From: Fimicolochytrium jonesii
Lineage: Eukaryota
DNA: 64,000 bases
Assembly (NCBI RefSeq): GCF_025526975.1
Contig: NW_026515699.1
Span: 124,001-188,000, forward strand
Direction: 5' to 3'
Below, one piece after another: positions 25,405 to 34,971 of the stretch. The notes beneath the pieces are model-generated. The model saw only the letters and a program-made list of their open reading frames with translations. It ran no database searches and was not told where the DNA came from. A program made the translations under genes and the position numbers. Positions within the stretch are counted from its first letter, which is position 1. The number at the start of each line of letters is the position of its first letter.

Positions 25405-26260
25405 CTATCCAAAACGAGGAGAAGTGACCCCATTGCAATCAGCGCGGCAGGAGGGCAAGGTTAGCATAGTGCGGGCTTCATGGTTGCGGAAGCGCGGCAG
25501 GAGGGCGAGAGCTGGAGTGATTCGTGTGGGGAATTCGGGGGGTTGGAGGTCGTCGTCGTCGGGGTCGTCGACGAGGCAGCTTGCGAGAAGACATATGCGC
25601 GACCGTCTGTATCCAAAAAGAGTGACAACATCAGCAACAGCACTCAAGACCTCATCATGAACCTCTGAGGTAACTCACACGGTGGTGGAGGGCCTCCTCC
25701 CTCGCAGCGTCTTCCTCCTGCTTTTGGCGGCCGCCAGGAACACAGCCACCTCCTCCTTCGTCTTCAACGACGCCGCCTTGTAGTGCTCCAGGAGAGCCGC
25801 GAGCTCCAGCACCCCAATGCCGAGGGCGGCGATGTCGACCGGCGCTGCTCCGCTCAGGGGAGCCACCCCCGTGGAGAGAATGGATGAGGGCGCAGCTTCG
25901 TGGGTGGTGGTGGTGGTAAGCATGGTGCGTGCTTCTTGATTGCGGAAGCCCGGCAGGAGGGCGAAAGCTGGGGGGATGCGGGTTGGGGATTCGGGGGGCG
26001 GGACGTCCTCCTCGTTGGGGTCGCCGGCGAGGAAGCTCGCAAGATCCCAGTGCCAGGGAGGGGAGGCTCGGGGGAAAATGATGGAGGCGGGGCTGGTGTC
26101 GCGCCTTTCGGTCTTCTCCGACTTGCTGCCGACTCTGGCCAAGGGCCGGAGTGTTGGACGTTGGCGGAGTCCGTTGCCTCACCCTCGAAAGCTTGTGTCG
26201 GGGGGTTCCGGTCGAGGACGAGGCCGCTGAAGGAGGCGGGGTTGTGGCGACCGTGACCAT
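25405..26260 (-). pseudogene. Family B copy 2 and partial copy 3, in tandem
   Basis: IIFPRASPPWHWDLASFLAGDPNEEDVPPPESPTRIPPAFALLPGFRNQEARTML at 25675-26142, and PPEFPTRITPALALLPRFRNHEARTML at 25405-25647. Confidence 0.7.
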
Positions 26261-26958
26261 CTGGCCCCTGGCCGCTTAGGTGGGGACGGGGGTAGCCGGG
26301 CCGGAAGACGAGACTGCGGCGACCACACGGGGTCGGTTCGATGTACGGCGAGTCCTCAGGGCAAAGGAAGAGGACTCTGCAAGGTCGATGGATCCTCTTT
26401 CTTGGCGGAAAAAAAGATCATGGATATGGCGATTGCTTGCAAGTCGTCGTACAGAACGTGATCCATATTACTTTTACTCATAGACAGAGTAGGATCTGAC
26501 CAGGACAGCCAGGTGATAATGTGCTGTCATAGTCCACTTGTCCTCATCCGCCGAGGCGAGCGGCGTCCGTGGTTGCTGATGTCGAGATCGAAGCCCCCGA
26601 AAGCTGGTGCTTCCGCATTTCGAAGGAGGCCTTGTCCATTTTGTGATTCTGGTATGGGATGGACAAGTTTGCTATCGTGCGGTATCTTGGAAGTAGCCGG
26701 CTAAGGTCAGATCGTATACTGGTCGTCTTAAAAGGGGCAAGGTTATGCGAAGGGTTTTTCTTCCCACGCAAAATATAACCTAAGATAGGTGACCAACTAT
26801 GACGCACAGCCTGAAGCTTGCGCAACCAGCCTCCAGGTGCCGTGGCTATCACCGGTGATTTTGCCAGATTTTACTTCCACCCACAACGAGCCAAGAGTTC
26901 CCTGGCACATCGGGACAGCATCGACGCAGCTGCCAACGCATTGACTTGCGGGCTCACA

Positions 26959-27924
26959 ATGAACTCGAACCGCTCCTCCCCGTTCCCAAAATGGGAGAAG
27001 AATCCGGAGCTGCAACCACATTCCCGAACCAGAGCATCGGGTGCAATTGCTCAACGCTCCCTTCTTGCTGGCTATCGCAACTCGCAAGCTACACAACCCT
27101 TTCTAGTTCAACGCAAAAATCATAGAACCGAAATTCACCTCATAAGCGACGTAGCAAAGCTTAAGGAAATGCTCATCGTCACCCAAAATACGTTGAACGA
27201 CGAGGCGCTTGTGAGAGGACTTCCGGACGGCGGGAATAAGCTCAAGCAGAGGTTTGAGGAACTCAGAAAGAGACTCGCGGAGCTCGAGGGAGGGGACTCG
27301 GAAGTCGAGGATGTGAACACCCCAGAAGTGTCAACCGGTTCCATCTCGGCGCGGTCATCATCATCAGTTCCATCCACCATGAATCGTCCACCAGGACCTT
27401 CAAAAGAATCACCAAAAGAATCACCGGATTCCATTTCCCAGCTAGCAGCGACCCTTTCCACTCTCCGGGTGTCACCCTCCACACCCAATCCACTCATACC
27501 CAATCCTTCCCAGCCACACTTCCCCCTCTCACCAGGCTCGACACCAAAAGCAGTCGGCTTGGTCAAACCACTCCCGCTCTCGGAATCCATTGCGCTCGAA
27601 CAGGAACACGCGCGGGCTTTAGAAGAGCAGCGGCTTCAGCTCGCACGAGAACGTATGGAAAACGAGAGCACAGAGAATGGTGATCGAGGATCGGACGCAC
27701 GAGGGAAAAGAATGGGCTGGTCGACGGTCAGAGCGGATCGGTATGATCGGCCGTACCCGAAGGTGTCGACATGGAGTGATGAACTTCGGGGTGGACTGGT
27801 GGATACCAGTAGTGAAAGCGAGACTGAGGGTTCAGAAGAGGTGGATAGTGATGATGAGGATAGGGATGTCTTGTTTAGGGGTGCCGACACCCCTCGCATT
27901 GCGGTCCGGAGGTTGATGGAGTGA
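26959..27924 (+). CDS. Gdown1/GRINL1A (POLR2M)-like RNA polymerase II-associated protein
   Basis: LKEML…LNDEALVRGLPDGGNKLKQRFEELRKRLAE aligns without gaps to the recalled Gdown1 LPDKG region. LPLSESIALEQEHARALEEQRLQLA matches the recalled Gdown1 C-terminal motif, followed by an acidic tail. Possible in-frame intron at 27041-27106. Confidence 0.7.
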   Translation: MNSNRSSPFPKWEKNPELQPHSRTRASGAIAQRSLLAGYRNSQATQPFLVQRKNHRTEIHLISDVAKLKEMLIVTQNTLNDEALVRGLPDGGNKLKQRFEELRKRLAELEGGDSEVEDVNTPEVSTGSISARSSSSVPSTMNRPPGPSKESPKESPDSISQLAATLSTLRVSPSTPNPLIPNPSQPHFPLSPGSTPKAVGLVKPLPLSESIALEQEHARALEEQRLQLARERMENESTENGDRGSDARGKRMGWSTVRADRYDRPYPKVSTWSDELRGGLVDTSSESETEGSEEVDSDDEDRDVLFRGADTPRIAVRRLME

Positions 27925-28254
27925 AGGGTTTGGAGTGGGGCGTTGGCGCAAATCAGAATTGCAGAGGAGATGGCTAGGGGTGGCGAAGCCCTTGAGGAGA
28001 AGGGCAATCTTCTGCTGAGCGAATTCAAAGACTACACCGATGGGCATCGGGTGTACCACGCTTACGATGTAACCGCACGTTCAACGGAGCACAGTGGATT
28101 GGACAAGCCGCCGAGCTGGACTGTCGGAATCCTGTGGTCAACTAGCAGCAGGTGGGTTTCAGGCCAATGGCTGGCTTCGACACTCGGCAAACGTTGCTTT
28201 CCGATCGCATACCCACGCCACGCATGGTCGCGGCGAGCTCCATTGTATACGGAC

Positions 28255-28505
28255 TACAAGGCTGGCCACGGCGGCGTTGCCGTCTCTAGACGCGACACAG
28301 GTCTCTCACTCAACCGATAAGTTATTTTGCGCGGAAGGCTGTTATTCGCGCACGGAAGGCTATTACTCGATGCGGAAGCCTGTTTATTCGCCCGCGGAAG
28401 GCTGTTATTTCGCGCAGAAGGCTGTTACTCGCGCATGTAACCCTAACTGTAAGTTATTTCGCGTGGAAGGCTGTTCATTCGCGCGGAACCCACCGAACCC
28501 TAACT
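28255..28505. repeat. Repeat element with ~6 x 21-bp units (cgcggaaggctgttattcg) and CCCTAAC motifs
   Basis: Read directly; a partial homologue lies at 17652-17787. Confidence 0.85.
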
Positions 28506-28685
28506 TGCGAAGTAATGTCCGCGGGGCCCGGAACCGAGGGCGGGCTCCTTGTTGTACACCAGTGCGGCGTTGGGGAGGGGACACTTGAGCTTTCAGATCT
28601 TTGAGAGGAACGGGCTACACACTGGTTGCATTTGTGGCTTCTCACGAATTTTCAATGCAATGAAATAACCGTCCACTGAGAAAAT

Positions 28686-29374
28686 CTACTTTGACTTCGA
28701 ATTGGTATTTATGTATATCTCCCCCAAATCCAAGCATCGCAAGAATGCCGGGTACATCAGGAAATACCCCACAGCAACAGCCGCAACGACGTTCAGGCCA
28801 GCAGGAACGGTGGACATTGGAATGGCGCCAAATAAAAGGCGATCTAACGCTAAGGTGTAAGGTACAACCAGATCTGAGCTCTCGCTGTAGGTTACGCCAG
28901 CAGCTATCAGCCGTAGCTTTAAGTATACTATATATGCCGATCCATCCCGCAGAAAATCCATTGACCAGTTGGCAGGTGTGATGGCAGCCCAGCATACGCG
29001 CACCTCATAAGTCTGGTGCGGTATCAACGATTGGGGGAGCTTGAACACTCTCCAACTATCAGCATTCGCTACTGCGTCCAGATGCTGACATCCTGGTTTG
29101 TGCTTCTGCTTTGCAACTAAAGATCCATAGAAGTATGTTGCCCCAAAGATCAAGTCGGCCCGTTCAGCTCTGTGACGGCAACATCCTCTGATATGTTCCA
29201 CTGTGTGCAGATGGCTGACATGTTCTCGAGAGATTGTACTTTCCTTGGCATAAACAACTTTTTCTCTACGTTCGCCATAACTGTCGATACCAGCATACAG
29301 AGCAACAGCAGCGGTAGCCATAGCCATGTAGAAGGAGACGCCCTCCCCGCTGTTGATCTGGTTTGATATATCAT
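28686..29374 (-). CDS. Pga1-like (GPI mannosyltransferase II cofactor) protein with a frame break near 29155
   Basis: Signal peptide plus ANVEKKLF in one frame; YEVRVCWAAITP…LDRLLFGAIP plus a C-terminal TM helix in another frame. Confidence 0.65.
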
Positions 29375-29410
29375 GGAGGAGGGGAGTTTCTCTGGGTACA
29401 AAGCGGGAAG

Positions 29411-30760
29411 TCAGCCAAAGTCCACGAGGAACCGAGAAAGCTGTTCGATGAATACCTCGGCGGAAGACCTACTTGGGAGAATGGAAGGTGTTTGAGGACT
29501 TTTGCTTTCAGTGACGGTGGGAGTTGGCGCGGACGGCTCAGCCTCGTTTCGGGGACCGACTTCCGCCCGTTGCGGAACCAGTTGGAACCAGTCGATCAGC
29601 AGTCCGTACTTGTAGGTGCTGGTGTGGTCGGTCGCCTCGATTTCAACTAACCAGTACGGTGCGGCACCAGACCAGTTTCCTACATCCAACGGCGGCATCG
29701 TCAGCTCCACCCATTGCGGGGTAGTGCTATCCTGAGGCGCCATGAATACGGTTGGCACGAATCGGAATGACAGGGGTCCGGCATTGGAGGTGGTAGGGCT
29801 CTCCGGACGAAGTTGCGACATGTGTGTCTCGGATACAACGTTGCCATGTTCGATCCCATCCCCGGCACCTTTCACGCTGACGCGGAATTGGATGCCGTCG
29901 AGACCTCCCGTGCGCTGATGAAACTGGACGCGCCACGTTGGGATGTATTTGCCGCGAGGGACGCCTTTGATCTCGCAGCGGGCGTCAAACCACCAGGCTG
30001 CGTTGAGGAGGGCGACTTTGCCGGAATGCGATTCGGGCGATTCGATGATTTTCCACCATTGGCCGTTATTCCAAATGATGTTGAGTTTCTCGGCAGGGAC
30101 GTTAAGTGAGTCTGGATTGCGGAAGGAGGGGACGACTGGAGTGTGTCAATATCACGCGCTCGAGTTATTGCCTTCCTAACCACCGCAGAATAGTTTCGTG
30201 GAGACCAGGATGTCAGAGCAGAGGAATGCGTTGTGCAATCGGTTCAACCTCGGTGTTGAGGATTCCTGCGCTTACGGTAATAAGATCTCGCTGTCGCCCG
30301 ATTCAATTGGATCCACCAGGCGTAGCTCGATTTCACCCTCTAGATTGCAATCCTCTTTGCCACTCTGAACCATTCTTGTGGCTCGTCCAGCAACGGCTCG
30401 CCACGCTCCCCAGGTCGCACTTTCTCTACCGCTCTATACATACTTTCCGACACGAGCCTTCTATACAGATCGAGATGACCAGTGCCACCGACAGAGGTTC
30501 CACTTCCGCCAAATCGGCGGACAGCAATCAGGTTCCACAGGTAATCATCCTTGCATACAGCGGCAAAGTGTCGAGAGGTCTGCGCAAAGATGAAACTGTG
30601 AGATTCCAGTGCGGCGAGGTGTGCGGCGAGGTGTGCGTCCAATCGACGCATCGAGACATATCCGTACCTGAGCAAGACGCCCTATTTCGCGAGTGTTCAG
30701 GTATTTGACGACCTGCACAGAGAGTTCCTGTGGCCTCATATACAGAGTGAGGATCTGCCG
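29411..30760 (-). pseudogene. F-box plus phloem-protein-2 (PP2/Nictaba-like) lectin domain, with an in-frame TAG at 30340-30342
   Basis: PQELSVQVVKYLNTREIGRLAQ|TSRHF…DDYLW (F-box). Introns at 30580-30667 and 30112-30275. LNIIWNNGQWW…KVALLNAAWWFD…WVEL…YKYGLLIDWFQLVP (PP2 pattern). Confidence 0.75.
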
Positions 30761-31260
30761 AACTGAAGTTAAAAAGTTTCCAATGAAAACAGGGTAAGTG
30801 ATGAGCATTTGATCATACGTAAGTTCAGAATCCTCACGGAACAGCAAACAAGAAGACTTACCAGGGGTCTTCGATATTAACGCCAACAAAGCCTTTCGCG
30901 ATAATTTCCCCAGATCTTCTTTTCATCTCTGCTGTTGCGTAGAAACCCTCATCTACGTCGCCAGAATCCAAAGCATCCTCGGGGAAGATGATGGGGGGCG
31001 ATTCCAACACAGGTCTCGCCTCCGTATTGGACGGGGGAATATTGGGGGCCCACCAATCCTGCACCTTCTGCTGGACCCTGCACAGTTCGTCAGGCGTCAA
31101 GGCTCTATCCTCGTCTTCGTAGTACGTGGTCATTATCAGGATGTATAATAGTATCAGGTGTAGGATGTAGGATGGGTGTAAAAGTTGCCTGGCGGCCCAT
31201 CGGCGGGCTAACGTCCGGTTTTAATCTCCTTGCTTTTACACCACCCTGGGTGACAGGTCG
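30750..31260 (-). CDS. Family A copy 3, abutting the 5' end of the F-box gene
   Basis: MTTYYEDEDRALTPDEL…KVQDWW at 31133; intron 30763-30861 is homologous to 19496-19595. Confidence 0.6.
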
Positions 31261-31688
31261 GTGGCTCGAGCTCGAAGCCGCTCGAGGTACGGCCGTTTTA
31301 TCCTTCGAAATGGGCGGCATCCTTGTGTGTGTGGTGGAGCTCGTGCTTGGGAGGCAGATCACAAGGTCCGCTAATAAGTATGCGGTACGGCAAGCCTGAC
31401 GACGGTTATTTCGATGATGATGATGAGGAGGAGGAGGAGCGAGATGATGAGCGTCTCATAAACTTTTAAATTTATAAAGCTCTGGTCACGCGTTGCGAAG
31501 CCGCCTCTTCGTTTTCTGTCGTCCACAGCCAGCCGGCAACTGCCAAGATCTCCTTCGCAATTGCCAACCTTTTCACACTTGCCAAACAGCGGGGACGATA
31601 CGGATGTACTGTCCGTTTCTCCGTTCTCCGCGGCGGGGCCACAGAATGCAATGGCACTGTTGCCCTCTGCTACTAGAAGAGCTATGAC

Positions 31689-32012
31689 CACTGCCGGCAC
31701 GGCCAGGCGTGGTATTCACTGCCGGCACGGCCAGGCGTGATTGTTAGCTTGACTTTTGGTGGATGCCATTTTGCCATTGCTTTTGTGGTTGCCGGTGGCT
31801 CCGCCATAGCCAGCCCCACGCCATGCCCATTCAGTTGGCAGCCCCTGGGTTCGCGCATATGGCGCATGCATCCAGGGGATGAGGGAGATAGAGATAGAGC
31901 GGACTATACCCTGCCCAGTTGGTTTGGCGCATATGGCGTATCCAACCACTGTACGCAGCCCCTGGGTTCGCGCATATGGCGCATGCATCCAGGGGATGAG
32001 GGAGAGATAGAG
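31689..32012. repeat. Direct repeats: 23 bp x2 and ~56 bp x2
   Basis: cactgccggcacggccaggcgtg at 31689 and ~31717; gcagcccctgggttcgcgcatatggcgcatgcatccaggggatgagggagatagag at ~31838 and ~31956. Confidence 0.9.
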
Positions 32013-33513
32013 CAAGAGGAACGACGCATTCGGCTCGGCAAGCACCGGAGCCTCCTGCGAAACGAACTTCACAAACCTGAACTCACGTAGACACTCCCTT
32101 ACCAACGCCCACTGCTGTCCGGCTTCGTCCCGCTCCCGTACCAGTACACAGAGATGCGGTGGTCCGTCTCAGTGTTGCTGCAGTTGACGACGAGCGTTGA
32201 GACGAGCAGGCGATGGTCACCTGTTGGCAGGCGGCAGAGTTGCGGGTAACCCACCGGGATATGGTGCACGGGTCTGAGGCGTGCAAGCGCGAAACTAGGT
32301 TGTGGGATGCGGCATGGTACTCGTGCCCTCAACGATGATTATAGTGGCCGCTGGAGCAGGAGCTGCTGTGGTCTCCTGGGGGGCGGTGATATCCTCGACG
32401 ATATGATGGTGGTGATATCCTTCGGCGGGAACGATAACGGTCTTGCCATCTACGAAGAGATGAGCACCAGCTGGCGCAGGACCAACCGTGATCTCTTGAA
32501 CGGCGTTCGCAACGGTGGTGCCCTCGACGATGATGATGGGTTCAGCGGGCGCCTGAAGGCCTGCTTAGGTAGTGGACGAAAACGTGCGTGCGTTTGAAAA
32601 GCATATCGAAGATGGGTTGGGTGTTCGGAGATCCAAGAATGTAGACGATTGCGGTGTGTGGGTGCGAAAATTAAAGGGGAAATATATTAGAGGGGAAATA
32701 TATTTGTTCCAAGCGTTCAAGTGGCTCGCCTCTGGAGGGGAACTCTTGGTCCATATCCTACCTCTCGGCACACAGACATGTCACAGTCAGGACTTCGCAT
32801 GACTCGTAGTCCTAAGCCCGGTGCACATGTAGAACGGAGCGTGGTAGAAGAACCCTAAGAATGCATGTGGCGACACCTCCGCTCGCCGTCGTGATGCGCG
32901 GACGCTATCAGATGCGGATGGGGCGTCCATGTACGGTCATTGCTGTTTGAGAGCGGATTTCTGCATTTCTGATCACTCCCAAAAATTCAACTAGCCTCCT
33001 CGCCTTCACAGCCCTGGACATCAACCACTTTTATGCTTTCTTTGCGTTTCGTGTGTTTACAGCGCTTTGCTCACATGCACATGCCTCTTAAATGGCTGAA
33101 TGGCTTGACAACCGTATCTTTGGGTGGAAATCGTTACTTGTCCTTCGTCTTCCAAGTGTTCTTGTTTGCTGGATTTCTCGTATCTGCGTGATCATTGACG
33201 CCATACCGACTTCTTGGGAGCGCGAATCAAGTTAAGCGATTAAAGGTTTGCGCGTCAGTATTGCTGGCGGACGGGTATTATGCTTGTGCCGTCGTGGACC
33301 GCTTTTGATTAAAGTCCTTGTAGGCTTGTACTGGTAACTGGACGCAGATACTGTATACAAGTCGGCGGCTGTGAAATCGATATCCATCCGCTGAAAAGGG
33401 AGCCGGGAGCTTCATCCCGCTTTCTGTTTACTTGTTCAAGTGACGCTCGCCAACGTTCGACTGCATCTACCTGCCCACCACCGACTACGTACGGCCACGA
33501 GTAAACCAGCAGA

Positions 33514-34319
33514 ATGGGTCTGAGCAACGTCGGCAAAACCAAGACGGAGCTAGGCTTCCGCTACGGCGCAATCGGTCTAGTCGTATTGCAGCTCGCCTTT
33601 CTCATTGCGAGCGCCGCGATTCCCAATTGGGCTGATTACAAGTAAGCATTTGAATGGGGGCGAGTTGCAGGGGAACCGTGGTGGCGAAGAGTGCTAGAAT
33701 TAGAAGTATCACACACTTTGTTTGGAAGCGAAAGGAAACTGATAGCTTCTTGTTTTTGCGGTCGTCAGAGTCTCGGTCTTGAAACAGACTGTTGGGCTCT
33801 ACAAAACGTGCGTCATCGAGTACAATGGTGTTTCGGGAGAGCTCTGCGAACGCTACGATGGCTCCCAGCCAACTTCTCTCACCGTTGCTGCCGGTCAGTT
33901 CAGCTTGAAGAGGGGCGGGCGGTGTATGGAGATATTGAGCGGGTCATTTCGATGAAACTTATTACTTACTGTCGTCCCTCACATCCCCCCACGCAGCCAT
34001 GATCCCGATCGCCATTATCTTTCAATTCCTCGTCGGGGCGCTCTTGATCCTCAACATCCGCAAACAAGCCCAGAAGTTTGGCTACGCCGCTGTTGCACTC
34101 AACACGCTCACCCTCGCCGCCATCATGACCGCCATCGCTTTTTTCGTGAAAGCGGCTCACCAAGTCGGGAGTGAGAAGTTTGTAGATAATGACAGGAACG
34201 TTCAGGATGTAGAGATGCTGGGGTACAAGGGCGGATTTGTGCTCGCCATTATGGCTATGCTTGTTGGGTTTGTGATTGAGTTCTTTGTTGCACGTGCGGC
34301 GTACCTTAGCGAGTTCTGA
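33514..34319 (+). CDS. Claudin/PMP22-superfamily four-TM protein (3 exons)
   Basis: Spliced TM1-PNW…TVGLYKTC…ELC (W-GLW-C-C signature) followed by three more hydrophobic helices; GT-AG introns at ~33642-33768 and ~33894-33996. Confidence 0.75.
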
Positions 34320-34547
34320 GGGGGACATCTCTTAGTTTTGGTCTGTTTGGAGAAAACCAACATCAACCCCGCTGGGTCGGGGAGATGCGAAACAACCGAG
34401 TCTGATGCTATTCGGAAGGAATGAACACTAGGTAGCTCGCGCATATAGCCTTAGTTGGTATCCACTATTATAGATATGTAGCGTGAACAATCCCAAATGA
34501 CAAATGGAGAATCGTCTCTGGGTGCGCAAACCACCCGAGGGTTACTC

Positions 34548-34593
<46 letters not shown>

Positions 34594-34971
34594 GGCTACC
34601 TCAGGTCCTTAGGAGAGGCATAGTTACTCCCGCCGTTTCGGATATCATTCGCATTCGGCAGTGTTCTGAGCAGCTGGGTGTCGAACTACTGGGCGGGGAT
34701 GAGGGTGGGTTCAAGGGAGACGACGAGACTTTTGCGCACTTTCTCCCGGCAACATATACACATTTGTTACTTTTCATATGCCATCGTACAATACAAAAAC
34801 TTCACATGTGGACAGAAAACCTCACTACGCCACAATATCCCTGCGTCCTAAATACAGAGCCTCCCCTCACATCATATCAGAACACATATACGCACATCGC
34901 ATCCCATCACATACATCCTAAAAGCTTCTTCCACCCCACATCCCGAGAATGACGTACAGTACATCCCCCAA

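Noticed and set aside
1..33000. Fanzor/TnpB, tyrosine recombinase or Helitron Rep-helicase gene
   Set aside because: No RuvC, R-H-R-Y or Rep/PIF1 motifs were recognisable in the ORF track. Highly decayed copies cannot be excluded.
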